Source: Candidatus Anaerobiospirillum stercoravium
Lineage (GTDB): Bacteria > Pseudomonadota > Gammaproteobacteria > Enterobacterales > Succinivibrionaceae
Length of the DNA: 59,803 bases
Assembly (NCBI GenBank): GCA_019113025.1
Contig: DXIF01000103.1
Location: 1-59,803 of the forward strand
Reading direction: 5' to 3'
The position numbers and the translations under genes were made by a program. This document shows positions 26,039 to 37,265 of this stretch, piece after piece (position 1 is the stretch's first letter; every line of letters starts with the position of its first letter). Below the pieces are notes generated by a model. The model was not told the DNA's origin, searched no databases, and saw only the letters and a list, made by a program, of their open reading frames with translations.

Positions 26039-28201
26039 ATGAATTTACAGCCTATCACCCGCACCTTTAAGTATGGTCGCCATACGGTTACGTTAGAGAC
26101 AGGTGCTATTGGTCGTCAGGCCGACTCTGCGGTGATCGCTTCGATGGATGACACCGTCGTCTTAGCTACGGTGGTCTGCAAGCGCAAGGATGCGGTGGAA
26201 GGCCGCGACTTCTTCCCACTGACCGTTAACTACCAAGAACGTGCCTATGCCGCCGGCCGGATCCCGGTCAGCTTCTTCCGCCGTGAGGGCCGCCCAAGTG
26301 AGAGCGAGACCTTAATTGCGCGCCTCATCGACCGTCCATTGCGTCCATTATTCCCAGATGGCTTCGTCAATGAGGTGCAGGTGGTGGTCACCGTGATGTC
26401 CGCCAATCCTGAGGTGCCAACCGACATCATTTCCATTATCGCCGCTTCGGCCGCGTTAGCTACCTCCGGTCTGCCATGGAATGGCCCATTAGGCGGTGCC
26501 CGCGTGGGCTTTATCAACGGCGAGTACGTCTTAAACCCAATCACCTCGGAGCTGGCCCAGTCCGACCTCGACTTAGTGGTCGCAGGTACCAAGCAAGCGG
26601 TGGTCATGGTTGAGTCAGAGGCTAATATCCTCCCTGAGGACGTCATGTTAGGCGCCGTCATGTACGGCCATGAGCAGCAACAGGTCGTGATCGACGAGAT
26701 CGAGGCCTTTAAGGCTCAGGTTAACCGTCCAGTTTGGGATTGGGTCAAGCCACAAGAAGACGAAGAGTTAGTTAAGACGGTGCAGGACTTAGCCCGCGAG
26801 GACGTCGGTGCTGCCTTCTATATCGTCGATAAGCTCGAGCGTCTCAACCGCTTAGATACCATCAAGGAAGAGGTCACCGCTAAGGTTACCGCCATGAAGG
26901 AGGAGTGGGCTGAGCTCTCCGATAAGATTGCTACCATCCTCTTTGAGCTCGAGCGTTCGATTGTGCGCGAGCGCATTTTGTCGGGGGAGAAGCGCATCGA
27001 CGGTCGTACTTTACGCATGATCCGTCCGATTACCGTGGCTACTGGCATTCTGCCTCGTGCTCACGGTTCGGCGCTGTTCACCCGTGGTGAGACTCAGGCT
27101 ATTGCTACTTGCACCTTAGGCTCCGAGCGTGATGCCCAGACCATTGAGGATATGACCGGTACCCGCACCGATCGCTTCATCCTGCACTACAACTTCCCGC
27201 CATACTGTGTGGGCGAGACCGGCTTAATCGGTTCGCCGAAGCGCCGCGAGATTGGCCACGGCCGCTTAGCTAAGCGTGCCTTACGGGCTGTCTTGCCTGA
27301 TGCCGAGAAGTTCCCATATACCATCCGTGTGGTCTCGGAGATCACTGAGTCCAACGGCTCCTCGTCGATGGCTTCGGTGTGCGGTGGCTCGCTGGCCTTA
27401 TTTGCTGCCGGTGTTCCATGCAAGGCCGCGGTGGCTGGTATTGCCATGGGCTTAGTTAAGGAAGGCGAGCGCGTCGCTATCTTAACTGACATCATGGGCG
27501 ATGAAGACCACTTAGGTGATATGGACTTCAAGGTTGCTGGTACCACCGAGGGCGTCACCGCCTTACAGATGGACATCAAGACCGACGGTATCACCCGTGA
27601 GATCATGCAGCAGGCCTTAACTGATGCTCACGCTGCTCGTATTCACCTGTTAAAGATCATGGGGACGGCTCTGCCTGAGCCTGAGACCGAGTTATCGCCA
27701 TTTGCCCCACGCATGATCTTGATCAATGTTCCAGCTGACAAGATCAAGGACATCATCGGTAAGGGCGGTTCGACCATTCGCTCGCTGCAAACTGAGACCA
27801 ACACCCAGATCGACTTAAGCGATGATGGCGTAGTCCGTATTGCCGCTTGCTCTGAGGCCGATGCTAAGGCCGCAATCGCCCGCATCCACGAGTTAACTGC
27901 TGAAGTTGAGGTGGGCAAGGATTACAACGGTAAGGTCGTCCGCATCACCGAGTTCGGCGCCTTTGTTAATATCCTGCCGGGCCGCGATGGCTTAGTCCAC
28001 GTCTCGCAGATCGCCGATGAGCGGGTCGACAACGTAGCTGACTACTTACGCGTGGGTGACACCGTCCGCGTCCGCGTCTTAGGCGTCGACGAGAGCAACG
28101 GTCGGATCCGCCTCTCGATTCGCGCTTGCCTCCAAGACGCAACCGCTGATGCTCCAGCTGCTGATGCTCCAGCCGATGACGTTGCTGAGCAAGAAGAGTA
28201 A
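26039..28201 (+). CDS. pnp: Polyribonucleotide nucleotidyltransferase
   Basis: [57 protein letters not shown] (IGKGG) and S1 domains. Confidence 0.99.
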   Translation: MNLQPITRTFKYGRHTVTLETGAIGRQADSAVIASMDDTVVLATVVCKRKDAVEGRDFFPLTVNYQERAYAAGRIPVSFFRREGRPSESETLIARLIDRPLRPLFPDGFVNEVQVVVTVMSANPEVPTDIISIIAASAALATSGLPWNGPLGGARVGFINGEYVLNPITSELAQSDLDLVVAGTKQAVVMVESEANILPEDVMLGAVMYGHEQQQVVIDEIEAFKAQVNRPVWDWVKPQEDEELVKTVQDLAREDVGAAFYIVDKLERLNRLDTIKEEVTAKVTAMKEEWAELSDKIATILFELERSIVRERILSGEKRIDGRTLRMIRPITVATGILPRAHGSALFTRGETQAIATCTLGSERDAQTIEDMTGTRTDRFILHYNFPPYCVGETGLIGSPKRREIGHGRLAKRALRAVLPDAEKFPYTIRVVSEITESNGSSSMASVCGGSLALFAAGVPCKAAVAGIAMGLVKEGERVAILTDIMGDEDHLGDMDFKVAGTTEGVTALQMDIKTDGITREIMQQALTDAHAARIHLLKIMGTALPEPETELSPFAPRMILINVPADKIKDIIGKGGSTIRSLQTETNTQIDLSDDGVVRIAACSEADAKAAIARIHELTAEVEVGKDYNGKVVRITEFGAFVNILPGRDGLVHVSQIADERVDNVADYLRVGDTVRVRVLGVDESNGRIRLSIRACLQDATADAPAADAPADDVAEQEE

Positions 28202-28225
28202 TCACGTCGGCGCGTAGCTTACGGC

Positions 28226-28259
28226 AAAAGGCCTCGGTCCTAGGGATCGGGGCTTTTTT
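28226..28259 (+). terminator. Intrinsic terminator after pnp
   Basis: aaaaggcctcggtcc-tag-ggatcggggctttttt. Confidence 0.8.
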
Positions 28260-29101
28260 GTGTGCGCTCCGGTGTATCAGCGCCAAGGTAGCGTGCCGAC
28301 GCTAGCGGCGCAAGCAGTGCTGGGCGCTAATATAGTTCGTGGGGGCCGATCGTAGCTCGTTGCGCGGTGCGTGCTGGTGCCTGGTTGCGCCTTTGAGGGA
28401 ACGATTGGGCGGATGGTGGTGGGTGCTGGTGCCAGCGTGGGGCGGAAATGGGGCACGTGATCCTTTTTGGAGCGGGTTTGACCTCAGGTTGCGATTGGGA
28501 TTAAATAGGCAACTTTGCTTGCTGCGGACCTGGCGGACCCTTTAGGGCGTAGATATGCGCTTTGTGCGCATACAGGGAGGCCGTTTTGTTTGCGCCTGCT
28601 CAAAGCCTAGGATCCTGATTTTGCTGAAATCAGAATCGGTGCGCTAAAAAGGGCTGCAACAAGTTCAAAAATAGTGCAAACTAGGAAGACTTAGTATCGG
28701 TTTGGCTTGTTTTGGGGCGCAGGTCGGCTCATCGCGTCGTGAGCGCCGGTGTCCAATTAAACTGTGCCTGTGTCACCCCCACGGCTCCGGCTTTTAGGTC
28801 GGGCTATAAAAAAGTTAGCTCATGCTAAGTTCCGTCTGCTTAACTCTCATGATGCATTTAGGCTGGTCCGAAGCAGGGCGGGCCGATGCCATGGCTGTGG
28901 CGTGCGCTTGACGAGACCTTAATTGGCTCCGCCCAAGCTCAGCTTGTTAGCTCAGCTTTAAGCTTGACTTAGGTCGGAGACTAATGGTGTTGCTGTTGGT
29001 AGCTTAGGTTTGAGGTTACGGTGGAATTGCGGTGCTCAGCCGCGCCACGCGCATGTTGACAGGTCGGGAGTGGCTTGTTGGTTTTGGTTGGATCCTTTTT
29101 T

Positions 29102-30481
29102 ATGGCAACCCGTGAACATTTCTCTACCCGCTTAGGCTTCTTGCTGATTGCCGCAGGCTGTGCTATCGGCTTGGGCAATGTTTGGCGCTTCCCTTATATC
29201 GTCGGTCAATACGGCGGCGCCATCTTCGTTTTGATTTATGTCTTCTTCTTAGTCGCATTTGGTCTGCCACTTTTGATGATGGAGCTGGCCATCGGCCGTG
29301 CCTCACGCCGCTCGCTGGCCGGTTCCTTTGAGCTGTTACAGCCTGATCCTAAGAGCAAGTGGCATTACAACAAGTACTGGATGATCGCCGGTAACTACAT
29401 CCTGATGTCGTTTTACAGCGTCATCACCGGCTGGCTTTTGTATTACTGCATCAAGGGCTTTACGGGCGAATTTGGTGTCAACGCCGATGCTGCCACTTCC
29501 GGCGCTGAGTTTAGCGACATGCTGGCCTCGCCTGCGGCCATGTTGATGAACATGATCGCGGTAGTTGCTGTGGCCTTTGGTATCTGCGCTTGTGGTTTGC
29601 GCAAGGGCGTTGAGCGCGTTACCAAGCCGATGATGATCCTGTTATTTGCCCTGTTGATCTTCTTGGCCATTCGCTCGTGCATGCTGCCGGGCGTCTCTGA
29701 GGGCCTGGAGTACTACTTACGTCCTGATTTCTCCAAGATCGAGGGGCGCGTGATTGAAGTGCTGTCGGCGGCAATGGCGCAGGCCTTCTTCACCCTGTCC
29801 ATTGGTATCGGTGCCATGCAGATCTTTGGTACCTATATGGATTCGCGCCATACCTTAGCCTCCGAGGGCTTGTCGATCTTAGCCTTAGACACCACCGTAG
29901 CGTTCTTGTCGGGCCTCGTCATTTTCCCTTCGTGCTTTACCTACGGCATCGAGCCGGGCCAAGGTCCAAGCTTAATCTTCGTGACCTTAGTTTCGGTCTT
30001 CAGCCACATGGATAACGGCGCGTTCTGGGGTGGCTTCTTCTTTATGTTCATGCTCTTTGCTGCACTGTCGACTTTAATTGCAGTATTTGAGAACATCATC
30101 GCCATCACCATGGAGCTCTTTACCACCTCGCGGCGGCGCGCGGTCATGGTCAACTTCGTGATCATCCTGATCATCTCGTTGCCTTGCATCTTTGGCTTCA
30201 ACTATTGGTCGGACTTCCACCCATTAGGTGGCAGCTCGGTGGTCTTAGATCTCGAAGACTTCCTCATCTCCTATAACATCCTGCCATTTGGCGCCTTGCT
30301 CATCTGCGTCTTTATTACCGCAAAAAATGGCTGGGGCTGGGACAAGTTCTTGACCGAGTGCAATACCGGTGAGGGCGTCAAGATGCCTTCGTGGGGCTTA
30401 CAGTATTACCGCTTTGTTGTCCCGGTAGTTATCTTCTTGTTGATCGCTAACTGCTACTACACGGTCTTCTTTGCTAGCTAA
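29102..30481 (+). CDS. Sodium-dependent transporter, NSS/SNF family (paralogue 1)
   Basis: REHFSTRLGFLLIAAGCAIGLGNVWRFPY..GGAIF, GVERVTK, QAFFTLSIG, GPSLIF; ATG start at 29102. Confidence 0.95.
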   Translation: MATREHFSTRLGFLLIAAGCAIGLGNVWRFPYIVGQYGGAIFVLIYVFFLVAFGLPLLMMELAIGRASRRSLAGSFELLQPDPKSKWHYNKYWMIAGNYILMSFYSVITGWLLYYCIKGFTGEFGVNADAATSGAEFSDMLASPAAMLMNMIAVVAVAFGICACGLRKGVERVTKPMMILLFALLIFLAIRSCMLPGVSEGLEYYLRPDFSKIEGRVIEVLSAAMAQAFFTLSIGIGAMQIFGTYMDSRHTLASEGLSILALDTTVAFLSGLVIFPSCFTYGIEPGQGPSLIFVTLVSVFSHMDNGAFWGGFFFMFMLFAALSTLIAVFENIIAITMELFTTSRRRAVMVNFVIILIISLPCIFGFNYWSDFHPLGGSSVVLDLEDFLISYNILPFGALLICVFITAKNGWGWDKFLTECNTGEGVKMPSWGLQYYRFVVPVVIFLLIANCYYTVFFAS

Positions 30482-30637
30482 GCTCGGCCGCCCCAAGAGG
30501 GCCGCCTAAGACGGCAGTAGCCGTGCCTGAGCGCAAGATTAGCGCAAGTGAACTTGCGCTCAGGACTTGTTCCTTAAATGGCCTAGGGCTATGGATAGAT
30601 AGTCGTGGTCATTGATCGGTTTCGGAAAGTTTGAGTT

Positions 30638-32005
30638 ATGGCTCGAGAACAGTTCTCATCGCGTTTAGGCTTCCTATTGATTTCCGCAGGCTGTGCCATC
30701 GGTTTAGGTAATGTCTGGCGCTTCCCTTATGTGGCAGGACAGTATGGCGGAGCCATTTTCGTTCTCATCTATCTTGCCATGATGTTCTTGATCGGCGTGC
30801 CGCTTCTGACCATGGAGCTCTCCATTGGTCGCGCTTCGCGTCAGAGCTTGGGCAAGTCCTTTGAAACCTTAAAGCCCGGGAGCAAGTGGTATTTAAATAA
30901 GTTCTGGATGATCCCTGGCAACTACGTTTTAATGGGCTTTTACTCCTTGGTCACTGGCTGGATGTTCTACTACACCTTGCTGGTGGGCTCAGGGAGCGTT
31001 GAGGTGGGCATTGAACAGGCGCAAGCAGGCGCCATCTTCAATGAGCTCCTTGCGAGCCCTAACACCATGCTCATCTGCATGTTAGTCGTAGTGATTGGCT
31101 CGTTTTCGGTCTGTGCCTTTGGCCTTGAGAAGGGGGTAGAGCGCATCAACAAGCCGATGATGATCTTGCTCTTTGCGCTGCTCATCTTTTTGGCCTTGCG
31201 TTCGATTTGGCTGCCGGGCTTTACTCAGGGCGTCTCGTACTACCTGATGCCTAATTACGCGCAGATTGCTGAGCACGGTATCTTAAATGTGCTTGCCGCC
31301 GCCTTGGGCCAATGCTTCTTTGCCTTGGGCTTGGGCGTGGGCTCGATCCAGATCTTCGGCTCGTACATGAAGCGCCAAAATACGCTCACCAACGAAGCCT
31401 TCACTATTACCTTCTTAGATGCCATGGTCGCAGTATTAGCAGGCTTTGTCATTTTCCCTGCTTGCTTTAGCTACGGCGTGGAACCGGGTTCAGGTCCAGG
31501 CTTAGTCTTCGTGACCTTGGTGACTGTGTTCTCGAACATGGATTACGGTGCCATCTGGGGCGGTATTTTCTTCTTATTTATGCTCTTTGCCGCGGTTTCG
31601 ACCTTGATTGCTGTCTTTGAGAATATCATTGCGATCAGCATGGAGGTCTTCAATATCTCGCGTTTAAAGTCGGTGATCTGCAATTTCATTGCAGTGGTGC
31701 TGCTGTGTCTGCCGTGCCTGTACGGCTACAACTACCTTGCGGACATCCATCCGCTGGGGGGGCAAAGCACCATCCTTGATACCTACGACTTCGTGCTGAG
31801 CAATAACATTCTGCCTTTGGGCACTACCTGTTATGTGCTCTTTGTCACCTTAAAGCGCGGCTGGGGTTTTGACAATTATTTGCGCGAGACCAACTACGGT
31901 GTGGGCTTTAAGGTTCCTTACGGCGCCTTTAACTATTACCGCATCATTCTGCCGATCGTTATCATGGCCTTGTTTATCCAAGGCTATGTCGGCATCTTTG
32001 GTTAA
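30638..32005 (+). CDS. Sodium-dependent transporter, NSS/SNF family (paralogue 2)
   Basis: REQFSSRLGF..GCAIGLGNVWRFPY, QCFFALGLG, GPGLVF. Confidence 0.95.
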   Translation: MAREQFSSRLGFLLISAGCAIGLGNVWRFPYVAGQYGGAIFVLIYLAMMFLIGVPLLTMELSIGRASRQSLGKSFETLKPGSKWYLNKFWMIPGNYVLMGFYSLVTGWMFYYTLLVGSGSVEVGIEQAQAGAIFNELLASPNTMLICMLVVVIGSFSVCAFGLEKGVERINKPMMILLFALLIFLALRSIWLPGFTQGVSYYLMPNYAQIAEHGILNVLAAALGQCFFALGLGVGSIQIFGSYMKRQNTLTNEAFTITFLDAMVAVLAGFVIFPACFSYGVEPGSGPGLVFVTLVTVFSNMDYGAIWGGIFFLFMLFAAVSTLIAVFENIIAISMEVFNISRLKSVICNFIAVVLLCLPCLYGYNYLADIHPLGGQSTILDTYDFVLSNNILPLGTTCYVLFVTLKRGWGFDNYLRETNYGVGFKVPYGAFNYYRIILPIVIMALFIQGYVGIFG

Positions 32006-32125
32006 CCCTTTGTCAGGAAACTTGAGCGCTCAGCGCCTGTGGACGCGGCCCCCAAAAATTATGGGCTAGGACCGCGAGGTGGGGCGGGGCCTAAGGCCGG
32101 TCCCGGAGCGCTCCAAGGAGTTGTT

Positions 32126-33502
32126 ATGTCTCAACGCGAACAGTTTTCCTCGCGTCTAGGCTTCCTGCTCATTGCAGCAGGTTGTGCGATCGGTCTTGGT
32201 AACGTGTGGCGCTTCCCGTATATCACGGGTCAATATGGCGGTGCCATCTTCGTTATCATGTACCTCGTGTTCTTGCTGTTAATTGGCGTGCCTCTTTTAA
32301 CCATTGAGCTTTCGATTGGCCGTGCCTCGCGCCGTTCAATTGCACGTTGCTATGAGGTCTTAGAAAAGCCGGGCAGCAAGTGGCACTTAAACAAGTTCTG
32401 GCAGATCCCTGGTAGCTACATTCTGACCTCGTTTTATGGCGTGATCACAGGCTGGCTCTTGTTCTATTGCGTGGCCTTTGCCACCGGCTTCTTTGGCCAT
32501 AACACCACGCAAGAGGTAGCGGTGCAGAAGTTTAATGGCCTGTTAGCTAACCCTTACCTCATGTACACCTGCATGATCACGGTGGTGGCCGTCTCCTTTG
32601 GCATTGTGGCCTTAGGTGTGGTCAAAGGCGTTGAGCGCATCACCAAGCCGATGATGATCTTGCTCTTTGCGCTGCTCATCTTCATGGCCGTGCGTTCGGT
32701 GACCTTGCCGGGCTTTGCTGAGGGCATTTCCTACTACTTAAACCCATCGTGGGATAACATGAAGGCCGATGGCTTCTTAGCTGCGGTTTGGGCTGCCATG
32801 GGTCAGGTCTTCTTTACCCTCTCGATTGGCCAAGGCTCGATTGAGATCTTCGGTACCTATATGAGCAAGGAGCACTCCTTACCTAAGGAGTCGGTCTTAA
32901 TCTGCGTCCTCGACACGACGGTGGCGTTATTAGCAGGCTTTGTTATCTTCCCAGCTTGCTTTAGCTACGACATTGAGCCCGGCCAAGGTCCAAGCTTGCT
33001 CTTTATCACCTTAACCACCGTTTTCTCCAATATGGAGGGTGGCTTTTTTTGGGGTAGCCTCTTCTTCTTGTTCATGCTCTTTGCCGCGCTTTCGACCTTG
33101 ATTGCGGTGTTTGAGAGTATCGTCTCGATCTGCATGGACTTGTTTGGCATCTCGCGCGTCAAGTCAGTGGCGATCAACTTCGGCATCCTCGCCTTGCTCT
33201 CCTTGCCGTGCATCTTGGGCTTCAACTATTGGTCGGAGATTCATCCATTAGGTGGCACGTCCACCATCATGGACTTACAAGACTTCATCGTCTCCAACAA
33301 TATCCTGCCGATTGGCTCCTTAGTCTTCGTGCTCTTTATCGTGGGCAAGACCGGTATGGGCTTTAAGCGCTACCAAGAGGAGTGCAACACCGGTAATGGT
33401 CCGAAGCTGCCTAATTGGATGTCGTGGTACCTCAAGTTGGTACTGCCCCCTGTAGTCACCGTCATCTTGCTGGTCGGTTACTACAACATCTTCTTAGCCT
33501 AA
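32126..33502 (+). CDS. Sodium-dependent transporter, NSS/SNF family (paralogue 3)
   Basis: ATG 32126 after AAGGAG; REQFSSRLGF..GLGNVWRFPY, QVFFTLSIG. Confidence 0.95.
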   Translation: MSQREQFSSRLGFLLIAAGCAIGLGNVWRFPYITGQYGGAIFVIMYLVFLLLIGVPLLTIELSIGRASRRSIARCYEVLEKPGSKWHLNKFWQIPGSYILTSFYGVITGWLLFYCVAFATGFFGHNTTQEVAVQKFNGLLANPYLMYTCMITVVAVSFGIVALGVVKGVERITKPMMILLFALLIFMAVRSVTLPGFAEGISYYLNPSWDNMKADGFLAAVWAAMGQVFFTLSIGQGSIEIFGTYMSKEHSLPKESVLICVLDTTVALLAGFVIFPACFSYDIEPGQGPSLLFITLTTVFSNMEGGFFWGSLFFLFMLFAALSTLIAVFESIVSICMDLFGISRVKSVAINFGILALLSLPCILGFNYWSEIHPLGGTSTIMDLQDFIVSNNILPIGSLVFVLFIVGKTGMGFKRYQEECNTGNGPKLPNWMSWYLKLVLPPVVTVILLVGYYNIFLA

Positions 33503-33602
33503 GCGTAAGCGCGCGGCGGCGCTGCCGTGGCGCTACGCTCAGTGACGCTGCGCGCCGGCACCGCGTCGGTACGGACGCATCGGCCCCGCGCTCCAGCGCG
33601 GT

Positions 33603-33639
33603 CACAATGCCCCAGCGGCGCTGCCGCTGGGGCATTGTG
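33603..33639. terminator. Perfect 17-bp hairpin after the NSS cluster
   Basis: CACAATGCCCCAGCGGC-gct-GCCGCTGGGGCATTGTG; poor U-tail, so it may be a stabiliser or REP-like element. Confidence 0.5.
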
Positions 33640-33951
33640 CTTGGTGGGACGGCAGGCCCCACCAAGTGACAGCGGCAAATGGGCGCGGCGGAACTTATGG
33701 GCGTAGCGTTAGTCCAATGGGGCATGTGTCGGCCGTGCCGTGCGGCACGGCACGCGCGCTAGATATGGCATATGGGCCAAATTCTTGCTAGTGATGGCAG
33801 CATAACCATAGCCTGAGGCGTTCATCTGAGCCTCGGCGCTGGGGCGCCGCCTGAGCTGCGCTCTGGTGCTTGCGCTGACGCCATAAACGGGCGGGGATGA
33901 TAGGTTTTGTCTGGTGCAACTCGATTACGACGAGGGCACAAGGGGGATGTT

Positions 33952-36123
33952 ATGGTCGCACTGCTCCAATCTGAGCTAAGTTCTAAGCCTGCTGCAACTG
34001 ACCCTCGCGGTTGGTGGCGCCGCTGGGGCGCACCCTTGTGGTTGAGCGTCTTGTTGGTCTTGGGCTTTAGTGCTCTTCCGGCTCAGGCCGCGTCGAGCGT
34101 AGCCTCAGGCGGCATTAATCCTGATGGCACGGTCGATCCCAGCTTTGCGCTGTCGCTCAACCAAGACATGCAAGAGCGCCTTAAAAACATCACCCTTGAT
34201 TCCTTTAACGCCTTGCCGAAGTCGCGTATCACCAAGATGCGTGAGGCTTATATCCAAGCGGTCAACGCCATTAAGCGCGGCGATGAGGCGCGCGGCCTGC
34301 AAATTCAGCATGAGCAGCTGCAAGGCTATCCGCTCAATCTATGGCTTAATTACTACTATCTAGCTTATAACGTGCGCGCCGATAAGGTCCCGGCTGCGCT
34401 GCAATTTATCCAAAGCGGGCAGCAGCATGAGCTAGCTGGGCTGCTCAAGGAGCGCTATGCTCAGTTTCTGTCCGAAGAGCGCGACTATGTGGGACTGGCG
34501 CAGTTAATGGGGCCCAAGCGGATCGATGAGAGCAAGCTCAGTAGCTTAAGCTTTGCCCAAAAAAAGGAGCTGTGCCGCTTCTATGAGGCTAATTGGGCCT
34601 TAGATCGGGTCAATGAGGATGCGGTGAGCTTTGCCTCGCGCGTCTATTTGGATTTAGGGAATCGCCCGCAGGCCTGCGGTCCATTAATGGCGCTGTTTGA
34701 TGCTAAGGGCTATCTGACCGATAAGCTGATTTTAAAGCGCTTTGAGCGCGCCTACGTTGAGCGTTCCTACCAAGACACCACCAAGAGCCTAGCTCAGGTC
34801 TTAAAGCGGACTGACTTTAAAGATCGGGTGAGTGCTTTGCTCGAGCTTTATTCGGAGCCAAGCAAGCTCTTTGAGCAAGTGCAGACTAATGAGCCCACCG
34901 ATCACCGGGTCGCAGTCTTAGCCTTTAAGCGCTATGCCAATATTGCCCCGCGCTCGGCCCGGGCTGATCTCGAGCGCTTCATCACCACGTACCAGCCGTC
35001 TTCGACGGAGCTTATCGGCATCTACCAGATGTTTGCCCGCAATTTCCTCGGGCGCTCCTACGATAAGTCCGATGTGGCGTGGGTCGATCAAAACCTTTCG
35101 GCCTTGGCTTGGACTGATGAGTTAAAGGAGATGCGCCTGCGCCGCGCGATCTACTTTGCGCAGTGGGATAAGGTCTATGTCTTAATCGATCATCTGGCCC
35201 CTGATGTCCGCAGTGCCATCAATTGGCGCTATTGGAAGGGGCGCGCGGCCCAAGAGCTGGGCTTACATCAAGAGGCCAATACCATTTTGGCCGAGGTCGC
35301 CCAAGATCGCAGCTTCTTTGGCTTCTATGCGGCGCAGACTTTAGGGCAGGATTACGCCTTTAACTACGCCAAGATCGAGCCGAATTTTTCCTTCCCGCTG
35401 GATATCGCCACCAATAAGGCGGCGCTGCGCTTCTTTGAGCTCTTTGCCTTAGATGATGACAACGCGATCTACGAGTGGCGTGAGATTGCCAAGCACTCGC
35501 CTAAGCAAGAGGCCATGATCATGGCCCAATGGGCGCTGCAATCGGGCAATATCAGCTACGCCATTGATTATGTGGTGAGCTCGGGGGATTGGGACGCGCT
35601 CGATTATCGCTTCCCGATTGCCTATCGTAATTTCTACGAAAAGTACGCGCGCCAAAACGACGTCGACCTCTCCTTTCTCTATGGCATCTCGCGCCAAGAG
35701 AGCATGCTCAATCACAAGATCAGATCGTGGGCCGGAGCGGTGGGCTTGATGCAGGTGATGCCGGGCACCGCGCGTGATATCGCGCGCCGCGAGAAGTGGC
35801 GCTTTCAGGGAGTGGGGAGTTTAACTGACCCTGAGACCAATATCCGCTATGGCAGCACTTACATCCGCTGGATGTTAGATAAGTTCGACAACAACCGCGT
35901 TTTAGCTGCAGCCGCCTACAACGCAGGTCCGGGGCGCATTCCCCAATGGGCCTCCGATGATGCGCAAAAGCGCGACGTCGCGATGTACGTTGAGACCATT
36001 CCATTTAATGAGACCCGCAAGTACGTGCAAAACGTCTTGCTGTACGATGCGATCTACAACTTCTTGCTGACGGGCAAGCCGGGCGATTTGATCAAGCCCA
36101 ATGAGCTGAGCTATGCCTATTAA
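33952..36123 (+). CDS. slt: Soluble lytic murein transglycosylase (Slt70-like)
   Basis: Signal peptide (..ALPAQA); WRYWKGRA, RSFFGFYAA, ISRQES, AVGLMQVMPGTA, AAYNAGPGR, IPFNETRKYVQNV; start uncertain. Confidence 0.93.
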   Translation: MVALLQSELSSKPAATDPRGWWRRWGAPLWLSVLLVLGFSALPAQAASSVASGGINPDGTVDPSFALSLNQDMQERLKNITLDSFNALPKSRITKMREAYIQAVNAIKRGDEARGLQIQHEQLQGYPLNLWLNYYYLAYNVRADKVPAALQFIQSGQQHELAGLLKERYAQFLSEERDYVGLAQLMGPKRIDESKLSSLSFAQKKELCRFYEANWALDRVNEDAVSFASRVYLDLGNRPQACGPLMALFDAKGYLTDKLILKRFERAYVERSYQDTTKSLAQVLKRTDFKDRVSALLELYSEPSKLFEQVQTNEPTDHRVAVLAFKRYANIAPRSARADLERFITTYQPSSTELIGIYQMFARNFLGRSYDKSDVAWVDQNLSALAWTDELKEMRLRRAIYFAQWDKVYVLIDHLAPDVRSAINWRYWKGRAAQELGLHQEANTILAEVAQDRSFFGFYAAQTLGQDYAFNYAKIEPNFSFPLDIATNKAALRFFELFALDDDNAIYEWREIAKHSPKQEAMIMAQWALQSGNISYAIDYVVSSGDWDALDYRFPIAYRNFYEKYARQNDVDLSFLYGISRQESMLNHKIRSWAGAVGLMQVMPGTARDIARREKWRFQGVGSLTDPETNIRYGSTYIRWMLDKFDNNRVLAAAAYNAGPGRIPQWASDDAQKRDVAMYVETIPFNETRKYVQNVLLYDAIYNFLLTGKPGDLIKPNELSYAY

Positions 36124-36260
36124 GGCCGATTAGGGCCGACTAAGCGGAGCGGTACGCCACTGCGTCCGCCCCCTCGCGCCCCCGTCCACCGCCGCGGGCG
36201 GGACCGCAGTGGCGCACCGCTACGTGTTAGGACGAGGTTGGGGCGCGGCTCGTGCTCCTG

Positions 36261-37265
36261 CTAGGAGGCGGGGGCAAAGGAGTTGGTTTCGGCGAGGGTG
36301 TCGGGATTGGGTTCGCTGGAGGTCGGGACAGCCGGTTGACTGGGCGTGGTCAGCGGGGCTTGCTGCTTGCGCTGCAAGAATGCCAGCTCTTGCCGGATGA
36401 TGGCTAAGCGGCGCTTGACCATATGCAGCTCATCTTGGGTGAAGTAGCGTTCCGAGCCATAGAGAATGATGAATTTGTCATGGCCCGAGTAGCTACTAAA
36501 CTTGGTGTAGGCGTAGTTGGCGCCCACCTGATACCAAGCAAGGTCGTAGTGGTATTGCTGGCGCGAGAGCTCAATCATGAGCTGATTGAGCTCCCCGATG
36601 TAGGTGGCCACCTGCGCGAGCGGACTCTGCTTGGTATCAAGCGGCAGATAGAGCAGGTCGATTAATTGGCGTAATTGGTTTTGCACCTCGGTATCGTCGA
36701 TGTTGAGCACGACCATGATCGAAGATAAGCGATGGTACTCATCAAAGCGCGCTTCAACGCGCTCAAAACCCGCAATCGGGAGGCATGAAGGGCCGTGCAC
36801 GGTCAAAGCCGAGTCGGTGATCAAGAGATTGCAGGGATTGGTGACGGTCTCACCTTCGCTCCCAGCGCCCATGAGCTTGATATGCTCGGCGCGGGCTTTA
36901 AAAAAGCGCTGCCACGCTTGCTCATAATCGTGTAAGGTCGCCTTGCCAATGTACTCGTCGCCCAAATCCAAGGGCGCCAGCTGATAGCGGCGCATTTGGT
37001 CGTAGGCCGGATCGCGGCCCGGGTCGACGCGAATGGCGACGTTGTTGAGCGAATTGATTTCTTGCTCGTACTTTTGGCAGGCCGCGCAAGGCAGGCCGGT
37101 GCGCGCGGTATTGAGCGCTAGCTCCAATTTCTCAGTGGGCGCGCTTAGCGCTGAGGCGGTAGGGAGTAACAGTAAGAGCAGGGCCAGGCCCCCGGCCTGG
37201 TGCCAGAAACGGCCGTTACCAAGTTTGGGTTTGGTGTGAGCACGCAAGCGTGAAAACGAGATCAT
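36261..37265 (-). CDS. Hypothetical exported protein
   Basis: Long ORF with host-like codon usage; hydrophobic signal-like stretch LALLLLLPTASA; four Cys; no family recognised; start uncertain (37265-37310). Confidence 0.65.
   Translation of the reverse strand: MISFSRLRAHTKPKLGNGRFWHQAGGLALLLLLLPTASALSAPTEKLELALNTARTGLPCAACQKYEQEINSLNNVAIRVDPGRDPAYDQMRRYQLAPLDLGDEYIGKATLHDYEQAWQRFFKARAEHIKLMGAGSEGETVTNPCNLLITDSALTVHGPSCLPIAGFERVEARFDEYHRLSSIMVVLNIDDTEVQNQLRQLIDLLYLPLDTKQSPLAQVATYIGELNQLMIELSRQQYHYDLAWYQVGANYAYTKFSSYSGHDKFIILYGSERYFTQDELHMVKRRLAIIRQELAFLQRKQQAPLTTPSQPAVPTSSEPNPDTLAETNSFAPAS

Noticed and set aside
28260-29101. Amino-acid riboswitch upstream of the NSS cluster
   Set aside because: The spacer is long, but I could not recognise lysine, glycine or SAM aptamer consensus or tandem Met boxes; an Infernal scan would be needed.
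37070-37095. c-type cytochrome heme motif in the orphan exported protein
   Set aside because: The sequence is CAACQ, lacking the His of CxxCH.
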